A stretch of 64,000 nt of DNA, taken from Vicugna vicugna. Lineage: Eukaryota. Location: the NCBI GenBank assembly GCA_013265495.1, contig MU058418.1, positions 2,320,917 through 2,384,916 on the forward strand, given 5' to 3'. The notes under the pieces are model-generated. The model was not told the origin of the DNA. It saw nothing but the letters and a program-made list of their open reading frames with translations, and ran no database searches. Position numbers and translations under genes: made by a program. Shown here piece after piece: positions 50,238 to 62,890 of the stretch (position 1 is the first letter of the stretch; each line of letters begins with the position of its first letter).

Positions 50238-52184
50238 CTCCCAAACCAAAATCATGGCACACTTTTTACTCTTCTGTACCTAGAGACTTCTGACCCTTAG
50301 CAGAAAAACGCCAGAAAGTCACAGCATGAGAGAGAAGTTCATGCATGAACTAGCCTTTCCATAATGGGTTGCCTCTGGAATATACATATGTTTAATGTGA
50401 TAAAATGAGAACTCAAGCAACATCAGAAGGTGGAGGATCCTAAGGGGCAATGATCGGTTCCCAGGGAGGATCTTCTTGGAGGGAGGTCTGGCCAATTCTG
50501 CTGCAGGGAAGATGGACACAGAGCAGGGGATCGAAGTGGAGAAGCCTAGAAACCACAGGGAGGATGTCAAAATGTTGCCTAGCAACCACTCCAGACTCCC
50601 ACAGGTACTGCCCACAGGTGAGGCAGAGGTGAAGACAGAAGGAATAGAAAGTCAGGGAGGCCCTGGACAAGTTTCTGAGGGAACTCTGCACACAGAGCTA
50701 AGCAAAGTTCTGCCTGTCCTACACAGACCCACCTTTAACAGGCAGTGAAGGAACACTGAAGGTTCACCAGCTGCCATGGCCAAAGGGGATTGTCCTGCAC
50801 CTTTGCCACCTCACAGGCCAGGGCTGTTGAGCTGGGGAGAGGCTGCCTGTGCCTCAGGAACCAGACTGAGCCTTGGCCTGCCCTGAGCCACAGATTCCTG
50901 GGACCCTAAGCTTCCAGCCTGGTTCTCACTCCTAGGCCAAGGGATGACTTACATGTTGCATTTGTATCAAAAACAGCTCTGAGGCTGAGAGCCCAGGGAT
51001 CTGCAGCATCCTCAGGGGTTGTTAGTCACCGAAGTATCCACCTCTGGTTTCTGTTCACAGATGCTTCAATGCCAGAACCACCGGAGATGCTGTGCCCACT
51101 CAAGGGTGTGGAGGTGATTTAGGGAGACACACTGTCCTTGCCCTAATTGGTTTGCCCCAGAGAAAGCCAATATTTGGCTATATTTATCATTGCTGATTAT
51201 TACTATTGTTGTTGCTCATACAGAATTTTGCCAATCAAGCTTTATCCTAAAAGGCTTTCAGATCCCAAACTATAAAACTAGCAACATTCAGCCCCACTCC
51301 TCCCTGCCACCCACCTTCCATGCCATCCCCCAACCCCCAAGGTCGAGAGGGAAGGAGAGCCAGCCAGCCCAGATGCTCTTCCATGGAGACAGCCTCCTTC
51401 CTGTCATGTGCACACCCTGGACAAGAGCCAGGTGGTGGTGCTCCTCCCCCTCCGCTCACATGCAGCAGGGCCAGGAACTGCCCCCAAGGACGCTCCCTCC
51501 CAAGAAAAAGACAATTCCTAGGAGAAACAATTGAGCAAAGGAGGCAGGCAGAGAACAATGAAATGCTTAAGTGGAACTCAGCTTTGTTTAAAAGCAAGGA
51601 GGAGAAATCTCCAGTTTTTGTGGGAATGCTGGCTGAGTGGGCCCTGGGCCTTTTGCTAGTAGCCCAGGGCCAGCCCTGGGAGGGCTGTGGAAACAAAAAA
51701 GCCATCCTGTCATCTCCCTCCTCCCCCTTCCTGGTGCATTCAGGCTTCTCAAAACACCCCTCACCCTCACTCCCACCCACCTGAGGGGAGGGCAAGATAG
51801 CATCATTCAGCTGGTGTAGGAGTTTGTCTTGTACCTCGGTTCATGGAGCACTGTTGTGTACCTACTTTGTGCCCACATGGGCCAGGTTCTAGGGCATAAG
51901 TAAAACGTGTCCCAACCCAGGGGCAAGACAACAGAGACTGAGGGCTCTGCTATGCCCTGTGCAGGGGCCGTGGGTGCACGTTCACTCCCTGAAGGGGAAA
52001 AAGGCCCACAAGTGCCAGGGAGGAGCCCGGATAGGCTTCAGAGCAGGGAGGACGCCAGGCTGACAAGGATGGAAAGTGCTGGGGGCAGAGGGAACGACAT
52101 GGGCAGAAGCTCAGAGGCATGAAACAACATGATATTTTAAACCACAGATAGGTGTGTATTGCTGGAACGGTAAAGAATGAAAGA

Positions 52185-52558
52185 TAGAAAAGTCATACTC
52201 ACAGAAGCAGAGAGTAGAAGGGTGGTTCCCAGGGGCTGGAGGGATGGGGCTGGGGAAAAGCAAGAGGTTGAAAAAAGGATACAAACTTCCTGGTTATAAG
52301 ATGAATAAAGTCTGAGGCTCTAATATACAACTTGGTGACTATAGTTAATATTATTGTATTGATATCTGAAATGTGCTAAGAGAGTAGGACTTAACATAGC
52401 ACACCCAACAAAAGGTTAATATGTGAGGTGATGGATATGTTAATTATCTCAACTATGGGCATCTTTTCACAATGTATATGTATATCTAATCATCACATTG
52501 TACACTTAAAATATACTACAGTTTTGTTTGTCAATTACACCTCATTAAAACTGAGGCA
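52185..52558 (+). mobile_element. L1MA9-like 3' end, within L2 fragments
   Basis: GAAGCAGAGAGTAGAAGGGTGGTT...TTATAAGATGAATAAAG...GTGACTATAGTTAATA...GGTGATGGATATGTTAATTA...TTGTACACTTAAAATATAC. Confidence 0.88.
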
Positions 52559-52894
52559 GACAAAGAATGAGGGCGAGAAAGATAGAGACAAGAAGAAAGT
52601 GCTAGGAAAATTCTGGATAGAGGTGGATACCAGATCATAACGGGTCTTAGGTGCTCTCATTAAAGGATTTAGAGCAGAAAAAATATATATATTTTGTATG
52701 ATCAGGTTTGCAATTTAGAAATTCTCTGTGATTAAATATCAAGGCAGGGAATTCTACAGGAAGGTCATTATAAAAATCTAGGCAAGGGACGAGTAGAGTC
52801 TGAACCAAGATTGCGGTGGCAGGAAATGAGGAAAAGGTGAACAAACACTATAGATTTTTTAGCCTATAAGTAGCCTATAAGTACCTAGGGAAGG

Positions 52895-53130
52895 GCTGCG
52901 CTTAAGAATGTGGATGTTGGAGTCAGCTCACTTGAGTTCAAGACCCAGCTCTGCTCCTTACTTGCTGTGTCTCTTAGTGTCTCTGTTTCTGCATCTGTGA
53001 AATGGAGATAAAAATATAACTTGCTTCACAGTGTTCTTGGGATGATAAATGAATCAACAAAGGTAAAACACTCAGAAGAGCCTACCTGTCACATGGTAAC
53101 ACCCCATGAATGTTGGCTGTTATTAGTATT
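52895..53130 (+). mobile_element. MIR SINE
   Basis: GAGTTCAAGACCCAGCTCTGCTCCTTACTTGCTGTGT...TGTTTCTGCATCTGTGAAATGGAGATAA. Confidence 0.8.
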
Positions 53131-54953
53131 ATCAGACATAGAGAAAGAGGGAGAAGAGGAGGCTCAGAGAACAACTGAGTTTGGGAATGTACACGTCTGT
53201 GTCAGGTTTGTACTTTGTCTTCAGGACAGAGTCCTTAACCCTGGAGGCAATCCTTTCTCTAGAGATGTAGCCTTTCTTAGGTCTCCTTTGGATGCTTGTT
53301 GTTCTCAGCAAGTTTCTTCTGTTCTGATTGTGCCCAAACTCCTGTGTGTTCTAGCACTGGGAGCCTTGACATCCCCACTCAGCCCTCAGCCCCCAAGCAT
53401 CAGCCTCTTCAGGCCTGGTGATGTCTCACCCTGCACCCTCCAGTACTGGGTGGCCAGGGCTCAGGGGGAACCTTGTGTGCATCTTTCCACATATTCCAGC
53501 GCCCTCAGCAGCCCCCAACTCTGATCTCTGCCTCCTCCACCCAGAATAATTGTAGGTTTTCACTTGGCCTCCATGTCTCCACACCAAGATCTGAAGGCTC
53601 CCAGGTGGAGAATAGGGAGAGGAGAGGGGAGGGATGGAATTTGGAGCTGACTTTGGGTGTGTCCCTTCCCTCAGGGAGCACAGACATGTGCTGTCTGTTG
53701 ACCAATGCCTGAACACAGTTGTTTCATATATCTTGTCCAGTTATACTGTTGCTTATGGCTGGAAGATAAGCCCATTGTCAGTCACTCTGTCATGGCTGGA
53801 TATAGAATTTCTAGCCTCAGTCCCTCACCAGGGAGGTGTGGTTAATCCAAGCAACAGACTAAAGAAGATCATTTATATATCAGTGCATGATGTGTCATTT
53901 GTCAAAAGGTACATGCACTATAAATATGATTTTCTTTATTCTTTAACCCCATATTAATTGTCTACTATTAAAAAAACTCACACTTTAGTACATCATAATA
54001 GTATTATTGAAACCAAAGATAAAATCTTAAAGGCAACCAAAAAAAAGTATTATATACAGAGTAACTATAATAAGAATATTGATTGACTTCTTATCAGAAA
54101 CAATGAAATCCAGAAAGGCAACAGAAAAAAAGGGTAAGAAAGTTTTCAGAAAAACATTCTGAGAGAATTAAATGCCAGCAGAACTGTGCTAGAAGGAATG
54201 CTGAAGGAAGTTCTTCAGACAGAAAAGAAATGATTTCAGATGAAAACTCAGCTCTACAAGAGGGAATTACTGGAAAGGCAAACATGTGGGCAAATGTAAA
54301 AGATGATCCTTTTTTATTTTCCTAACTTCTTTAAAAGACAACTGACTAAAGAAAAACTACAATTTTTTGTAGAGTTCAAAATATAAGTAAAATATATGAT
54401 AATAATAACATAAAAGACAGAAGAAGGAATAAATCATATATCCTGTTGCAAAATTCTTACATTCTAAGCAACATGAAATGATATTAATTCTAAGGAGTTT
54501 GTAATAAGTTATGGATGTATATTTAAAACTACTGAGCAATTTTTAAGAAAATAATATAAGAATGTATAGCTAAAACACCAGTAGGAGAAATAAAATGGAA
54601 TACCAAAAAACCCAAAAAATCCAATTAACCTAAAAGATGGCAGAAAAGGACAAAAGCACAAATACTAAATAGTACAAACAGAAAACAAATACCAAGAATG
54701 ACTCTAATGACTGAAACCCAATCATATCAATAGATACATGAAATGTTAAAAAAAACAAGATATTCCAATTAAAAGTCAAAGCTTGTCAGAATGGATAAAA
54801 AAGCAAGATAATAGTATATGCTACACATAAGAGACACATTCTGAATTCAAAGACCCAGGTAGGTTGAAAGTGAAAGGATGGAAAAAGATGTACCATGCAA
54901 ACATTATAGCATAAGAAAGGTGGTGTGGCTATGACAATATCAAATAGAGTGCA

Positions 54954-55350
54954 TGTTATGGGCTGAATTGTGTCACATCCTCCCCCCTCAAAAAAACCCC
55001 TCATATGCCCATACATTCTAAGCCCCAGAACCTCAGAAGGTGACTGCATTTGGAGACAGTCTTTAACGAGGTTAAGTTAAAATGAGGACTTTAAGTTGGG
55101 CCCTATCCCAATCTGACTGGTGTCATAAAAAGACATTAGGACACAGACACGCTGCATAGAGGGAAGGCCATGTGAAGACACAGGTAGAGGATGGCCATTT
55201 ACAAGCCAAGAAGAGAGACCTCTGAAGAAACCAACTCTACTGCCGCCTTGATCTTGGACTTCCGTCTTTCAGAACTGTGAGAAAATACATTTCTGTTGTT
55301 TACACTACCCACTCTGTACTTTGTTATGGCAGCCCTAGCAAACCGGTACA
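54954..55350 (+). mobile_element. MLT1B-like MaLR LTR nested in L1
   Basis: TGTTATGGGCTGAATTGTGTC...CCTTGATCTTGGACTTCC..CAGAACTGTGAGAAAATACATTTCTGTTGTTT...ATGGCAGCCCTAGCAAACCGGTACA; degenerate 5-bp TSD GTGCA/GTAGA. Confidence 0.92.
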
Positions 55351-58300
55351 GTAGATTTCAAGATAAGTGTAACCAAGAGACAAAGAGAAATACTTCATAA
55401 TGAACAAAGGGGCTATTCATCAGGAAGATATAATAACCCTAAGTGGACATGCATCTAACAACAGAGCTTAACAATACCTGAAGCAATGACAAAACTGGGG
55501 AGTGAAACAGATAAATTCACAATCATAGTTAAAGGCTTTAACCCTCTTCTCTCAATAATTGGTGGAAACAGTAGGCTAAAAAAAAAATCAGTGAGAATAT
55601 AAAATATGTAAAGAGTACTAGCAACCAACTTCATGAAATTAACATTTATAAACAGTACAATCAGCCACGGCAGAATACCCATTCTCAAATGTGCACAAGG
55701 AATCTTCAACAAAATGCATCAATTGCTGGGTCATAACACAAGTCTCAATAAACTTCAAAAGAAAGAAATGCTAACAGAGTACTATTTTTTTTTACCACAA
55801 CAAAATTAAATTAGAAATTAATAACAATATTGATATCTAGGAAATCTCCCTAAATATTTGAAAATTAAGCAATGCACTTATAAATAATTTACCTCTTTCC
55901 TCTGGGTCAGAGGAGAAATTACAAGAGAAATTAGAAAATATTTCAAACAGAATGAAAATACAACATACCAAAATTTGTGGTATACAATTAAAACAGAGCC
56001 TAGAGAGAAATTTGTAGCTTTAAATACTTATATTAGAAAAGAAGAAAGCTCTAGGATAAATAATCTAAAAATAACCTAAGCCTCCACTTGAAGAACTCAG
56101 AAAAGGAAAAGCAAATTAAACCAAAAAATAAGAAGGTGGTAATAATAGTAAGAGCAAAGATGAACTGGAAAACTGATCAAAAATAATCAAAATCCATTAA
56201 AGCCAAAGGATTATTCTTTGACAAGTTTAATAAGGTTAGTAAACCTCCAGAAGATTGATGAGGAAGAGAGATGATTAGTGAGAGGCAGAACACAAATTAC
56301 CCATCTCAGGAATAAAAGAGGAACATCACTAAAGATTCAACAGCTGATAAAAGGATAGTAAGGGAATTTAAATTTTATATCAGTATATAAATTTGACAAT
56401 TTAGATTAAACAGATAAATTCTTTGTATAATATTTTCCAAAAAACTGACACAGGAAGAAATTTTTTAAAAACCTGAATATCTTCTATAATTAAGGAAATT
56501 GATTTTATAATTACAAATCTTTCCATTAAGAAAATTCCAGGCCTAGATTATTTCAATGGTAAATTCTATCCATAGTACTAATATTACACAAAATCCATAA
56601 AAAAATAGAAAGGAGAAAACACTTTCCAAATAATTTTATGAGACCTCTAATCCTGATACAAAGAACTAACAAAGACATTGTAAGAAAAGGACATTGCAGA
56701 TCAATATTCCTCATGAACATAGATGCAAAAATGCACACTGCAAAATATTAGAAAATAGGATCTAGCAATATATAAAACAGATACATCATGATCAAGGGAT
56801 GTATCCCAGGAAGATATAGTTGGTTCAACATTAAATAATAATGTAATCCACCATATTAATAAAATACCGGAGAAAATTGTATGATTATTGGAATAAATAA
56901 AAACCATTTTTAAATGTGAATACCTATTCATTATAAAAACTCTGAAAACCAAGAAGATAAGAGAGCTTCCTCAATTAATAAAGCTAATACCATACTTAAT
57001 GGAGAAATACAGAACATGTTCCTATTATGGTTGAGAACAGAAAGAATGTCCATTTTTATCACCACAGTTCAACACTTTCTTACAGGTCTTAGTACGACAG
57101 GGCAATGAAAAGAAATGTATAACATAGAAATTGAAAAGGAATAAGTAAAACTTTATGCAAAGACAGTATGATTTTGTTTATAGATACTTCTAAGGAATCT
57201 GCAAAAAACTTCTAGAACTAATAAGTTCATCTAGCAAGGTCGCAGAATACAAGACCAATAATTCAAAAATCAATTGTTTTCCATAATCTGGCAAGAAAAA
57301 TTAGAAAATTAACATTTTAAATACTACTTAAAATAACACCAAAAGCCATAAAATACTTAGAAATAAATTGAAAACCCTACAGTTTGGAAATGCCAAACAT
57401 TGTCGAGAGAAATTAAAGGAGACCTAAATAAATAGAGAAATATATCATGTTAATGCTTTGGAAGATTCAGTATTGTTAAGATATCAGTTCTCCCCAAGCT
57501 GATCAACAGAGTCAACACAACCCCACTCAAAATTCCTGCAGGTTTTTATTGTAGAAATTGAGAAGCTGATTTTAAAATGTGTATAAAAAGGCAAATGGCC
57601 TAAAATAGTTAAAACAATTTTGAAAAGATGAATAATGTTGGTGGACTTACACTACCCAATATCAAAACTTATTTTCAAGCTACAGCAATCAAGGCAATGT
57701 GGTATTGGCACAAAGACAGGCATATAAGTAAATGAAACAGAATAGAAAGTCCAGAAAAAAACCCACAAAATATATTAATTTTTTAACAAAGGTATAAACA
57801 TAATTCAATGAGGGAAGAAACAGTCTTCACAATAAATGGTACTGGAATATCTGGGTATCTATTAGAAAAAAATACTGAACTTCAACTTCTGCCTCACACC
57901 ATTACAAACACGAATTTAAAATGAGTCAACACCTAAATGTAAAATTTATTAAATGTCTAGAAGAAAACATAAGGGCAGACTTATGGAGTAAGAATAAGGG
58001 TAGTACCTTTTGAGTCTTAAGAACACAAAAGGCACTAACTATAGATGAAAAAAATGGGTAAAACGGACTTCATCAAAATTAATATGGCTTTCGCTCTGTA
58101 AAAGATACATATAAGAAAATGAAAAGTACTGTCACAGATGTGGAGAAAATATTTGTAAAATATATACCTGAAAAATTACTTCACTACAATACATAAAAAA
58201 CTTTTACAACTCAATTTGAAGAAGACAAACAACCTTGTTTTTAAATAGACAAAAGATCTGAACAGTCACCTCACAGAAGGAAATTTATCAATGGTCAAAT

Positions 58301-59164
58301 AAGCACATGAAAAAATGCTCAACATCATTACTCATTAGAGAAATCCAAATTAAAACCACAATGGATATCACTTCACAATCACCAGAATGACTGAAATTAA
58401 TAAGACTGAAAATGCTAAGCATTAATGAGGATATGGAGAAACAGAAGCACTCATTCACTGGTTTGACAATTCTTTATAAAGTTAAACATACACTTACCAT
58501 ATGACCCAGTCATTCCATTGCTAAGTATTTACTAAGAAAAATAACATGTCCACAAAATCTTGTACATAAATATTTATAGTAGCTTTATTCATAATTGCAA
58601 TTATGCTAATAATCCAAATATCTATCAAGAGATGAGCAGATAAGTAAATTATAATATATCCAGTCAATTATTCAGTAAAAAAAGGTCCAAGTTACTGATT
58701 TTTTAAAAGTATATTGCTAAGTGAAAGAATCCAACCTGAAAAGGCTACATTCTGTATGATTCCAAATATATGACATTCTAGAAAAGGCAAAATTACGGAA
58801 ACAGTAAAAAAGAAATTCAGTGGTTGCCAGGGATTTGAAGAGAGGGCGGGGTGACTAGGTGGAGTACAGGGGATTTTTAGGGCATCCAGACTATACTGTA
58901 TGATACTAACAGGTTGGATACATGTGATCATATGTTTGTCCAAAACCACAGAATGTACAAAACCAAGAGTGACTCCTGATGTGAACTGAATTTTGGGTGA
59001 CTATGATGTATCGGTGTAGCTTCATCAGTTATGACAAATGCACCACCCTGGTGGGGAATGTCAATAACAGGGGAGGCTCTGTGTGTGTGGCGGCAGGGGG
59101 AAATCTCTGTACCTTCCTCTGAATTCTGCAGTGAACCTAAAACTGCTCTTAAAAATGAAGTCTT

Positions 59165-59290
59165 GGGGGAAGGATATTGCTCAAGTGGTAGAGCGCATGC
59201 TCAGCACCAAGAGGTCAGGGGTTCAAACCCCAGCACCTCCTCCAAGCGGAAATCAATGAAGAAAGCTAATTACCTCTCCTTCATTAAATG
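59165..59290 (+). mobile_element. tRNA-Ala-derived SINE (camelid vic-1-like)
   Basis: GGGGGAAGGATATTGCTCAAGTGGTAGAGCGCATGCTCAGCA...GGGGTTCAAACCCCAGCACCTCC with A box (59177-59188) and B box (59220-59230); perfect TSD AAAAATGAAGTCTT at 59151-59164 and 59291-59304. Confidence 0.9.
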
Positions 59291-59369
59291 AAAAATGAAG
59301 TCTTTAAAAATGTTTTTTTAAAAAGGCAGCAGAAGTAATCTCAAGGTGGATCAATGTAACACAAAAGAT

Positions 59370-59900
59370 AGGAACTCAGCTTTCTGTCTGGTGTGTTAAG
59401 TGCAGAGGATATAATGAACAACACGGCATAGACTGCCCACAGAGAATGTTCATTCTGGTGGGAAAAGAGCAAAACTGATAATGCAGATAGTGGTGAGCAA
59501 GTCAGACCAGCGCTGTAAGGGAGAGCTCTGGCGGTGTGGGATTAGAATTGGAGAACCTAACCGAGTTTGAGGACAGGAGAATATTCCTGAGGAGGTGACA
59601 TGTAAGCTGAGTCTAGGGAGATGTGTTTGCAATGCAAAGAAGGTGAAGAAGACTCCAGCCAGAGAGAGCTGCACCTGAGCAGACTCCAGGCGGGAAGGAA
59701 CATAGCCAGTGTGCCCTGAGCACAGACAAGAAAGAGAGCGCCTGGAGGTGGGGCAAGACAGCAGGACCAGCTCTCAGAGCCTCATGTGAAAGATGCAGCC
59801 TTTTATCTTATGAGCAGTGGGAAGTTATGAAGGGGAAACGCATGGCAGGGACATGGTCAATTTTGTCGTTTTAAAAGATTACTGTGGGTGCAGAGGGAAA
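59370..59900 (-). mobile_element. L2 fragment
   Basis: TTCCTGAGGAGGTGACATGTAAGCTGAG, GAGCAGTGGGAAGTTATGAAGG, TTTAAAAGATTACTGTGGGTGC. Confidence 0.7.
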
Positions 59901-59912
59901 AATGGCCTATCC

Positions 59913-60252
59913 CAGCACTATCCCTTAGAAATAGAATGAGAGCCACAAATGCAGGTCACACATGTAATTTTCAATTTTCTAGTAGCCACATTTAAAAGAT
60001 GTAAAAAATTTAAAACCTGGGAATAATTATTCTTAATAATACATTTAATTTGAAAATTCCAAAATATTATCTCAACATGAGCCGATATAAAAAATTATTG
60101 AGTTTTTTTTTTTTTTACATTCTTTTTGTTGTTGCTGTTCTAAGTCTTAAAAATCCAGTGTGTATTTACAGCACATGTCAATGCAGGCTGGTCACATTTT
60201 CAAGTGCTCAGTAGCTACATGTGACTAATAGCTACTGTAATGGAAAGTACAG
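59913..60252. mobile_element. MER33 hAT-Charlie MITE
   Basis: TAGAAATAGAATGAGAGCCACA..TGTAATTTTCAATTTTCTAGTAGCCACATT...CACATTTTCAAGTGCTCAGTAGCTACATGTGACTA; right flank GTCTAGAC fits the Charlie target NTCTAGAN. Confidence 0.88.
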
Positions 60253-60409
60253 GTCTAGACTGAGGCAGATCTGATTAAGGGGCTTCAGTAATTTCAGGGC
60301 AAGAGAAGACGGTGACTTAAAACAATGAGGTGAGCCGTAGGGGTTGATCTGAGAGACAATCTGAAGAAAGAATTGAGAGTGCTTGGTAACTGGCTGTCAG
60401 AGTCTCAAA

Positions 60410-60775
60410 CAAACTCCTTTCTCTAGCAGTCGGTGCTTGCCTTACTTAACACATTTGATGTAGTTGATCATTTGCTTCTTGAAACATTTCCATTAATTGA
60501 CTCCAAGCACATTACACTCTCCCACTTTTCTTTCTACCTCACTGGCTCCTTCTTCTCAGTCTCCCTTGCTCTTTCTTCCTCATCTCTCTGTCCTTGAACA
60601 CAGGAGGGCTCCAGGGCTCAGGCCTGTACCAGCTATCTTCTCTATCTATATCCGCCTACTGCCCTGGTGATCCCATCTGGTCCTGTGGCCTCAAATACCA
60701 ACTATAGGCTGGTGATGCCCACACGTGTATCTCCAGTCCAGATCCCTTCCCTGAACTCCAGACCTACAAATCTCT
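60410..60775 (+). mobile_element. L2 fragment
   Basis: CATTTGATGTAGTTGATCA..CTTCTTGAAACA..TTTCTACCTCACTGGCTCCTTCTTCTCAGTCTCC..CTGAACTCCAGAC. Confidence 0.8.
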
Positions 60776-61494
60776 TATAACCCACGTCCGTTTTTGTTGC
60801 CACTCTCTTCCTTCAAAATAAACATTTAGGTTCCCCTGGTCTGCTGCTATCAGCCTAGTCTAGGCACTTAGAATACAGGAGTGAGCAACACAATGATCTC
60901 TGCCTTCAAAGAGTTTACATTCTAGTATGTGTGTGGTGGGGAGAGGACAATGAACAATAACATAGTAAATAATCAAATTGTACAGTATGTTAAAAGTTGA
61001 TTTGAACCACAGGGAAAAGAAGAAAGGGGAAAGTTGGGATGGGGGCGCTAATTGCAATTTTAAATAAAGTAGTCATGGTGGAGGAGGAGCAGAATGTTAC
61101 CTTCACCTTTTAAAAGTTGCCTTCTGTTTTCAGTGTTCAGGACATAATAAAGGTGGTCAAGGGTTAGCCTTGGTGGAGGTAGGTAGTGGTTGTTTTCTGG
61201 TTCTCTTTTGAAAACAAAGCCTAAAGAATGTCCTGATGGCCTCCCTCATTACCCGTGAGAGCTGAAATTCTCTCTAGAGGGCTATGTTTCTTACTACCAG
61301 CCAACATTTTAAACACTTTCCAGAAAGAGAATTTTCTTTACTTCACAAGACTATTCCTAATAAAATGCACAACATCACGCCAGGATGCCGGGCTGTTGGC
61401 CAAACTTACTCATGAGCTAAACCTCTCCGAACAGGTGCCAAATCTGTGCCTCCATAGCTCCTGCATGGTCCGTGTTGCAAGTGTTTGGGAGTGA

Positions 61495-61700
61495 GCCAGA
61501 GTTAAGAGCAGAGTTCAGAAACCAAACTGCCTGGTTTCAAATCCCAACATGGACACTTACTACACGCATAACTTTGGACAAGGGAACTTCAACCTGGGTT
61601 TGAAATATAGGTAACAGTCTGTATTTCATAGGGCCATGTGAGTAACGACCATGCTAATGATCCCATGTTTGCAGTCCAGGCACATTCTCAGATATGGCCA
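61495..61700 (+). mobile_element. MIR SINE
   Basis: GGTTAAGAGC-like start, CTGCCTGGTTTCAAATCCCAAC..CACTTACTA..ACTTTGGACAAG. Confidence 0.65.
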
Positions 61701-62569
61701 AAACCAGCCAGGAGGGACATTAGGCTCTAGAAACCCTACGACGCCACTTCCACCTCATCTCAGTGTGGCAAGTGCCCCTCCCAGCCAGTGCTCAACAGCA
61801 CCACCTAGGGGCGGCCTGGCCCTTCCCCAACACAGCATAGAAACCAAGTGGGGCATTCTCTTCTCAGGGCACCTTCGTGTTCCACGTGAGACACAGGAAA
61901 AACGTCAGAAGGGCAACATCATCCTGTGATGCAGTCTGTAAGTACTCCCACAGGAATGGTTTTTTTCCCCTTTTAGGGGGTCCCTGTGAACTCAGACCTG
62001 CTCAGAAATGGCAGCCACAGTAGTGAGTGAACTGAAGAGCAAAAGACGATAGATTCTTTGTGGAGATAAAATGGTGACATGTGAGATGCTGAAGAGTATG
62101 TTTCACACCAAATGTGTGAGAATAGCTGAAATGTCAACGCTCTATTCCATTAACATCTGTTTTTCTTCATCTGAGATCTCCCTTTAATTTTGTTATTTTA
62201 AGTATCCCTTATGTTTCAAGATAATTTTCCCTTCATAGTGTAAGCAAATGCCTGGAAAAAATTAACTGGAAAAATGACTTTCAGTCATTTGGAGCAGCAA
62301 AAGCAAAAGTAGCAGCTGAATCAAAGCCAACTTAGAATTAAATTGCTAGTGCTTGCCTGCAGTTTAGATAACCAAATGTAATGTAAACACTGTATTATTA
62401 TTAGGAATGAATGGGGACGCCTGTGATCTAGAAATGGATGAGGAGGAGGAGTGGTGGAGGTGGGGGTTCTTCCATATGACTGATTCTGGCATGGCTTCTA
62501 AATCAGCTGCAACCCTCCATAGGACCAGTAATGCAAGGTTTCTCCTCTGTCGCTGTTACATAGCTGGAC

Positions 62570-62890
62570 TACACATGAGTGTGTGCAAGCACACACTCAC
62601 ACATCTAGACACTACAACATGCCCATGTGATACACAAGCACACACAGCCCCACACCCTTCCCCTGCGAGGCACAGGAGCACAGTAAACATCCCCACATAC
62701 AGACCCCCCCCCAACACATGGACTCCACAAATACACGCTCACAGAACACACATGAACACACGAACATCTCACAAACATGTATGCACCACCCACACACCAA
62801 AACCGCACAGCACATGAGTACCACACAGCCATGTAAAGCATGTGCAACACATAGTTGCAACTCGCACACACACCCGCACACACACACACT
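62570..62890 (+). repeat. CA-rich degenerate low-complexity tract
   Basis: Dispersed CACACA runs, ending in (CA)n at ~62865-62889. Confidence 0.8.

Larger units (their letters stand above)
53980..59310 (+). mobile_element. Long degraded L1MC1-like element (end of ORF1, ORF2, 3' UTR)
   Basis: ORF1-end motifs (GACTTCTTATCAGAAACAATG), EN-region motifs (AAAGGATGGAAAAAGATGTACCATGC), RT-region motifs (CTCATGAACATAGATGCAAAA, TGGTTCAACATT), L1MC1 3' end (AACCTAAAACTGCTCT). No long ORF remains. Confidence 0.92.

Noticed and set aside
51190..51819. Overlapping ORFs of up to 182 aa on both strands
   Set aside because: No domain similarity or exon structure recognised; stop-poor GC-rich composition explains them.
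59165..59240. Functional tRNA-Ala gene
   Set aside because: The anticodon arm is disrupted, and a SINE tail and 14-bp TSD are present, so it is a retroposed SINE.
61801..61815. CTCF site (CCACCTAGGGGCGG)
   Set aside because: Mismatches fall on the highly conserved central AG of the motif.
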